A stretch of DNA of 55,783 bases, the filler included, from Dimargaris cristalligena (taxonomy: Eukaryota): assembly GCA_003614675.1 (NCBI GenBank). It is 2 parts of 2 records of this genome, joined end to end, with 100 filler letters (N's around TTAATTAATTAA, not from the genome) between each part and the next. Parts side by side here need not be neighbours in the genome. Positions count along the whole stretch, not along the records: positions 27,981 to 55,783 come from ML002509.1; 1 more part is not named here. One strand, written 5' to 3'. This document shows, piece after piece, positions 49,861-55,783 of the stretch. A model generated the notes under the pieces. It was not told the origin of the DNA and did not search any database. It was given only the letters and a program-made list of their open reading frames with translations. Positions within the stretch are counted from its first letter, which is position 1. Each line of letters begins with the position of its first letter. The translations under genes and the position numbers were made by a program.

Positions 49861-50289
49861 ATGTCATTTCCTGGTCGTCTTGCGTACAGTATCGTGGCGG
49901 TCGCTTTGTTCTATAATGGAGCTCTCACTCAACCCATCGAAATAGGCAACTCTCCCGCCAAACCAACTACCTCCCAAATGCCGTATGCCTCTTGGTCCAG
50001 TGCGTATGGGTTTACAAACTACCACCCCGCCGGCGAGTCTATCGGTGACCATAGCGCAATTCCGCCCGTTTACGCGAGTACGGACAACGGCAGTGCATCC
50101 TCTGACCCGTTAATGGTGCCCACTTGGTCCTATAAACTCGGCTTTATGGATGAGGCTGGAAACCAAATTGCTACCTTATCCCCCAGTGAACAAGTAAGGC
50201 ATACTCCTCGACCAGTACCCGAGGAATGGGCCCGTCACCTCCCTAACAACTACGCCGCCAACTCCCAAAATCCGCCTAGCCATAAGTGA
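49861..50289 (+). CDS. Hypothetical secreted protein (142 aa)
   Basis: Signal-peptide-like N-terminus; TATATAAA at ~49682; AATAAA downstream; two internal W-S-x-x-x-G-F motifs. Confidence 0.65.
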   Translation: MSFPGRLAYSIVAVALFYNGALTQPIEIGNSPAKPTTSQMPYASWSSAYGFTNYHPAGESIGDHSAIPPVYASTDNGSASSDPLMVPTWSYKLGFMDEAGNQIATLSPSEQVRHTPRPVPEEWARHLPNNYAANSQNPPSHK

Positions 50290-53200
50290 AGGTTGTCTCG
50301 AGATCAAAATCGTATATTCCGCAATATATAGATCATTTTATCGAACCCCAGATTGACGCTGGCTTACCGGAATAAATGATAATGACTGCTACCAGCTATC
50401 GTTTCAACATCTGTACAATTATATTTAAATATATATTTGCATCGGGGTCATCATAAATGTATATATATATATATATATATAATAAATAATAGTATCAATG
50501 TTGTCTGAAGGTATGTATTATGCAGCGCTTCTACTACAGCCTTTAACGCTATCCAACTGGGGGAATTGCGAACTGAGTGTTAATTTAAGGGAGACAGTCA
50601 ATTAATAGACGATTCGGCTTTTGGAATATGATCAGTGCACGCGCTAAGGTCACACAGCTGGGTGCACAATAAGATCCGTAAACTAAATAGTATAATAGGC
50701 CAAGGGACGGAAAACACGGGTGGTTTTAAGCGGCTCGTATGTGCCAAATATCTATATGGGTATGGTGATTAGAAGGGCGGGCTTTTTGAAGGCAAGATAT
50801 TAAAAATCCATCTAATAATTGCATTTTTCGCCAATCACTTTAACCACTATAAATAGTGTTGTAAGGAAGTGCTTCAAGTAATTCCGAGGAGGTTCAGTGT
50901 GAGCAGTGCAGCTAAGAGTTGTGAGCTCTGGTAATACTGAATCTCCCAACATTGCCCATCGGTTGAAAATCCTAAAGGACCACACAGTGGGAGAATACCT
51001 GGGTATGACTAACACTGCCAAAGGTGTGGCAGAAGTTAGTCACTGGGTTAAATCCGGCGCTGATATAGACCCACTCAATTCCTATTCGGCATTTGTCCTT
51101 TTGCCTTGATTTATTCATTATTGTCGGCTTGTTGACACGAGGACTAAAGTAAAATAAAAACCTGGCTAAAATGACACTGGTTTTCAATGTGTTGCCATCC
51201 CATCGATTGCCCAATCCCCAAGCCTGATTATGAAGGGCGGAGGCGGTTTAGGTAGTTGCATATGGGGGAAGTTCGGTCTGGCTGTAAAACGAATTCTCCC
51301 CTTGGTAAACATGATTTTACTGGTCTAAAATTCCGTTCCCTCTTATTTTTACATTGCCGTTCAATATACTTGTGCCGCACAAGCCAGTGGCTTATTCTAT
51401 CTACTAGCCTCATTATTTTGGGTATATCCACCTAAATATCACTATTTATTGAATGTCCGGGCGAACATGATAATGAACTATCCCCCACTTTTTATAATGC
51501 ATTCGATAATATATCAGTGTAAACATATAGCAAAAATGCGTGGCTTTACAGAATCCTTCGAGAAGCAAAAGGGCAAGATTTTACTTAGCCGGTTGTCTAG
51601 TAGCCATTAGTTTCCCTCCATCAGATATCCATGTATTGCTATGATGATATAGGGGTGGTTCCGAATCGGACAAGGGTATCGCTGTACTATATGTGGCCTT
51701 ATGAATTGAGCAGGGTATACTGAGCACCGTTTTCAAATGCAATCACCCCACGGTGACATCAATGTGCCGAGATTACTTGGGGGCTGAATGGAATAGTGGC
51801 TATTGTGGTGGACCGGAAAGGCTTTGGACATGTCTTCTGGACTAACGTTTAGTATAATGATAAGCCCCACCGGGTATAATAATCAAGGAGGATGAGGAGA
51901 GAGAGATAGGGATTTGGCTAGTTTATCCGTGAACTAATATATCACGTATAAGCCACCGTGGTCTCGCTACTCCTCCGTGGCAGTCCCCTTGCAGCCATGT
52001 GCCGGCCCCTATCGCAACCATCGCCCTCGTCCCCACAGTTATTGCCATTACCTTTGCGATAACGATACAATGTCTGGGGGGACCGATGTTTGCAGTAGCG
52101 GTGCCTGGGATTGGTAGTCAACTGACTTTTCCGTTCTCATCGGAATTATACCGGTCAATAACGGGTGCATTGTATTCATTGGGCCATCTGCGATTAAGCA
52201 GCTAAGTTGGACAAATGGTTTCTCTCTTTGGGAATCAGTTGGGATTCTTTGACTTTGAAACTAAGGGATACCGGTAGCGAGGGTTTGGGGGTGTTAGGGC
52301 TACCTACTATGCACCAAATCAAGCAAATGGGCCTAGAGTGCTATACCCTTACTTATACCCTGACCACCATCTCCACTACTACCATATACACAACCAAGCT
52401 GCTTTGCTACCCAAATGACTACTCTCACCCTTCCTACACTGGTCGCAGGGATTTCATTCACAGCCACTTATTTCCCTCCACCTCTTTATTACCCGTAGAG
52501 TCCATCAGGGGGAGAGTAGAAGGCAATATGTAATCTAAAACCACGCCCAGCCATTGCCAAATGCATCATGTCCGCCTCCTTCGACAAATTTTCCCTTCGG
52601 CCATTTTGCATCCGCAAAGTCTCCCTCCCCCTTCACCATGTGAGGGAGAGGTTTAATAGGAGGGGGTGGGGTGGGTGGATTCATTAGCAATGAGTGAGAG
52701 TATCGGTTAAACAAAAGTATAGTATAGTATAGTGTAGTATAGAAGGGGAAGGGAGGGGAGGAGGGTTGCAGTTTTCCTGCGCCGGTCTCGGACTCACAGA
52801 CCGCCTAAGTGAAACCCCGCTGCCGCCGAACCGAATTTTAATATAAATGGTTTATGTTTCGCCTTCGATTCACCTTGGTTTCGAACAAGCCAAATGTACC
52901 AATTTCTATTAATCAAATTCCAACTTTTCTCATCTTAAAGGGTATTAGGTAGACTATTCCGTATTCTAATTGTTTTGCTCACGCTACCACCACCACTAAC
53001 CACTTCATTCAATCCCTTCCGGTGAGCTGTGTATACTTTTTGATTCATTTCCCTTTTCCGCCAATTTTCATTTCAAACTACCCTAATTTCGGGATTCACC
53101 TTGTACCGAATTCAAGACCCTTGACCTACGTTCGTACACTATTCGATACTTCCCCTGGTGCTCCTACGGGCCCCTGGACGTGTTTCGCGTTGCCTTGATC

Positions 53201-53676
53201 TAAACGGGTAGCTAAACCAGTAATTTTTGCTGAATCCCTCCCTCTATCTCTCTCTGTCTATCCTTTCGTGGACTTATCAAACAGTAAGTGGCATCCAGTT
53301 AGTTTCCATACCCTCTACCAGCAACGTTCAACTGAGCACCTTCTCCCTCCCTCCCCTTTCCAATTCTCTGGTTGTTCTTTTCTTCGTTGGAATTTCCGCC
53401 CATACGTGATACCTGTTGCTCCGCTAATCTTCACTCTCGTTTGGTTATCTGCAGACTGAGTCTATTCAGGGGTTGGCCTTTGCTTGGACCCTGTTAAAAC
53501 TACCTCAGTAGACCTCAAGTTAGGGCTGGTTGGGCTTCGCCACATCCGGTTTAAATAGGATAGTACATCTAGACCACCTTATCTGTTTTCCTTTGGCTGG
53601 CACAAACTTCCTGTTTGGCTACATTCGTTTCACCTTGCTTTATTTAAGCCGGTTGATTTATTTGTTTTTGCCTATT

Positions 53677-53736
53677 TTTAATCTTTCCGATTTCTTAATA
53701 TTAATCTTTAATCTTTCCGATTTCTTAATATTAATC
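53677..53736. repeat. Perfect 30-bp tandem repeat x2
   Basis: tttaatctttccgatttcttaatattaatc occurs twice in a row. Confidence 0.9.
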
Positions 53737-53977
53737 GTTAAACTAAGCTGCTTACCTTATTTCGTCACTCTGCAGCCTCCCTATGACATGCAGCAAAGCA
53801 CCTGATCCTGCCCTGTACATCCACCCACACACATACTAACTGACCAGCCACACTCCCTTCCCTTGCATTATTACTACTTCAACCGGCCACACTCCCCCGC
53901 CTATAGCTATTTCCAGCTCGCCTTTTTCAGTTGCCAGTTAACCGCTATTTCGCTACCATACCCATGCTATCGCTGTA

Positions 53978-55774
53978 ATGAAGTCCTTGTTAAAAAAAAG
54001 CTCGCCTGCTCCTTCCTCCATGGGGGAGGTGGATACGGCCAGTGATCTAAATCCCACCGCCGCCGTCACTACCACCGATGAGCCACATTCCCGGCGGGAA
54101 ATAATAGCGTCTACGCCCAAATACATGATCTTCTCAGCCGTTATTGCTAGTCTAGGTTCCTTCAACAACGGTTACAACACCTCGGTGTTTAATATCCCCG
54201 AAAACGTCATTCGGTTCTGTAATGGCGTGGTGCCCCCCGATCACAAGCAAGGTGGCTTGCCGGACTGTATCCCCATGGACAATTTCCAATGGGGTATGGC
54301 CGTGGCTATGTTCGCCATCGGTGGCCTTATTGGCGGTGTCCTCGGCGGTCCGGGTATTACCCGCCTGGGCCGGCGTGGGGCGATGATCTGGAATAACCTG
54401 TTCCTTATTGTAGGCAGTCTACTCGTTTCCACCACCAGTTCCGTTACCCAGTTGGTCGTGGGCCGCACCATCGTGGGTATCGGCTGTGGTGGGGCGTGCG
54501 TTATTTCCCCCACCTACCTGAGCGAGATTGCGACCGTGGAAGCCCGCGGTGCCTTAGGCGCCATGAACCAATTATTCATTGTGTTGGGTATTCTGGTGGT
54601 CGAATGTCTCGGTCTGGGCCTGTCGTCCCCGCCCGTGTGGCGCGTGCTTACCATCATTCCGGCCCTGGTGGGTATCGGCCAAATGATCGGCTGTTTGTTT
54701 ATTAACGAAACCCCGCGTTACCTCGTTCTACAGGGTCGCATTAGCGACGCCGAACATGCGCTCAAACGGCTGCGCGGTGGGCGAGACGTGAGTGAGGAAT
54801 TATACGAAATCATGAATCCCCAGGGCGCCGGAGACGGTTCACCACGCCTTAATGCGTCCGATTCGGACAGTGATAAGGGGGATGCCGCGGGCCAGACCAA
54901 GGACGGCGACGAAAAGCAAGCTGACGTCAAAACGCCCGACACCACGCGAATTGCTAACCCCATCGGTGAAACGAAGGGCGAAGACGGCCGCCGTCATTCC
55001 GTGGAAGGAGCTTCGCCGCCGACGTCCGAATCAGACGGCGATGGCGAGATTGCCCTGGCCTCCGACACCGGCGAAGGAGGTGGGGGAGGTCGCGGCGAGT
55101 CCCGCTTCCGGCCCCAGGGCACCAACTCCATTAACGTGTGGCAGTTGCTGCGCGGTCGCGGGGGTGGGCCGTACCATTTGTTCAAACCTTTGCTTTTCGC
55201 CTCAGTGTTCAGTGCGGTCCAACAGCTCTCAGGTATCAACGGGGTCATGTTTTACTCGACCTCCATCTTCGACAAACTGTTTAGCAACAGCCAAACGCCG
55301 CAACACATTACGGTCGGTACGGGTGGTTTGAACGTGGTCATGACCGTGATTACCATGGGTTTGGTTGATCGTTTAGGTCGTAAGATCCTCACCCTCATCA
55401 GTGCCGGTGGGATGACCGTGTCGTCCATCGTTATTGTCATTGCGTCGGCCGCCAACAGTGACGTGCTGGTGATCGTGTTCGTGTTCCTCTTCATTGCCTT
55501 TTTCGCCGTGGGTCTCGGCGTAACCCCGTGGTTGTTCATGACGGAAACCTTCCCCACCTACGCCCAATCAGCCGCGTCGTCGTGGTGCATGATTCTCAAC
55601 TGGTTCTGCAATTTTATCGTGGGTCTGATTTTCCCCAGTCTGCAGTCCGGACTCGGCGATGCCACCTTCGTGCCTTTCGCCGCTATTACCGGTGCGTTCA
55701 CCTTGTTTGTCCTTTTCTTCGTACCCGAAACTAAGGGCAAACCCGTGGATGAAGTCATCAGTATGCTGCACTAA
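53978..55774 (+). CDS. MFS sugar-porter family transporter, GLUT-like
   Basis: GSFNNGYN, LGRRG, YLSEIA..RGALG..NQL, ETPRYL, QQLSGINGVMFYS, DRLGRK, VPETKGK; long acidic central loop. Confidence 0.95.
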   Translation: MKSLLKKSSPAPSSMGEVDTASDLNPTAAVTTTDEPHSRREIIASTPKYMIFSAVIASLGSFNNGYNTSVFNIPENVIRFCNGVVPPDHKQGGLPDCIPMDNFQWGMAVAMFAIGGLIGGVLGGPGITRLGRRGAMIWNNLFLIVGSLLVSTTSSVTQLVVGRTIVGIGCGGACVISPTYLSEIATVEARGALGAMNQLFIVLGILVVECLGLGLSSPPVWRVLTIIPALVGIGQMIGCLFINETPRYLVLQGRISDAEHALKRLRGGRDVSEELYEIMNPQGAGDGSPRLNASDSDSDKGDAAGQTKDGDEKQADVKTPDTTRIANPIGETKGEDGRRHSVEGASPPTSESDGDGEIALASDTGEGGGGGRGESRFRPQGTNSINVWQLLRGRGGGPYHLFKPLLFASVFSAVQQLSGINGVMFYSTSIFDKLFSNSQTPQHITVGTGGLNVVMTVITMGLVDRLGRKILTLISAGGMTVSSIVIVIASAANSDVLVIVFVFLFIAFFAVGLGVTPWLFMTETFPTYAQSAASSWCMILNWFCNFIVGLIFPSLQSGLGDATFVPFAAITGAFTLFVLFFVPETKGKPVDEVISMLH

Positions 55775-55783
55775 TCCGACATT

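Noticed and set aside
53677-53736. 30-bp repeat as a CRISPR-like array
   Set aside because: Two adjacent copies, no spacer, eukaryotic context.

Overview
Eukaryotic, intron-containing fungal DNA. An adenosylcobalamin-synthesis gene and an animal-type 4E-BP point to an early-diverging (non-Dikarya) fungus; this taxon is inferred, not verified. 1-7.5 kb and 28.6-30.7 kb are AT-rich, CpG-depleted transposon relics, including a Tc1/mariner remnant. 8.4-27.9 kb is gene dense: PDCD2/TSR4, NIPSNAP, a small Hva1-like protein, GPN1, WDR89, a DYRK-related kinase, DBP8, mitochondrial bL19, MMAB, NDUFA11 and a partial tRNA-Ser(AGA). A 100-nt gap with an artificial linker follows, then the 5' end of RPS13, a small secreted pre-pro-peptide and RPS17. 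A near-identical 6.48-kb tandem duplication carries a TPR-like orphan, RPS10 and 4E-BP. Its junction places the RPS17 promoter, leader exon and leader intron upstream of one 4E-BP copy. The RPS17 and RPS10 leader introns each contain a long nested fold-back structure closed by complementary (CCAT)n/(GGAT)n repeats. The window ends with a secreted orphan and a GLUT-like sugar transporter. All exon boundaries were read by eye from GT-AG sites and reading-frame continuity.
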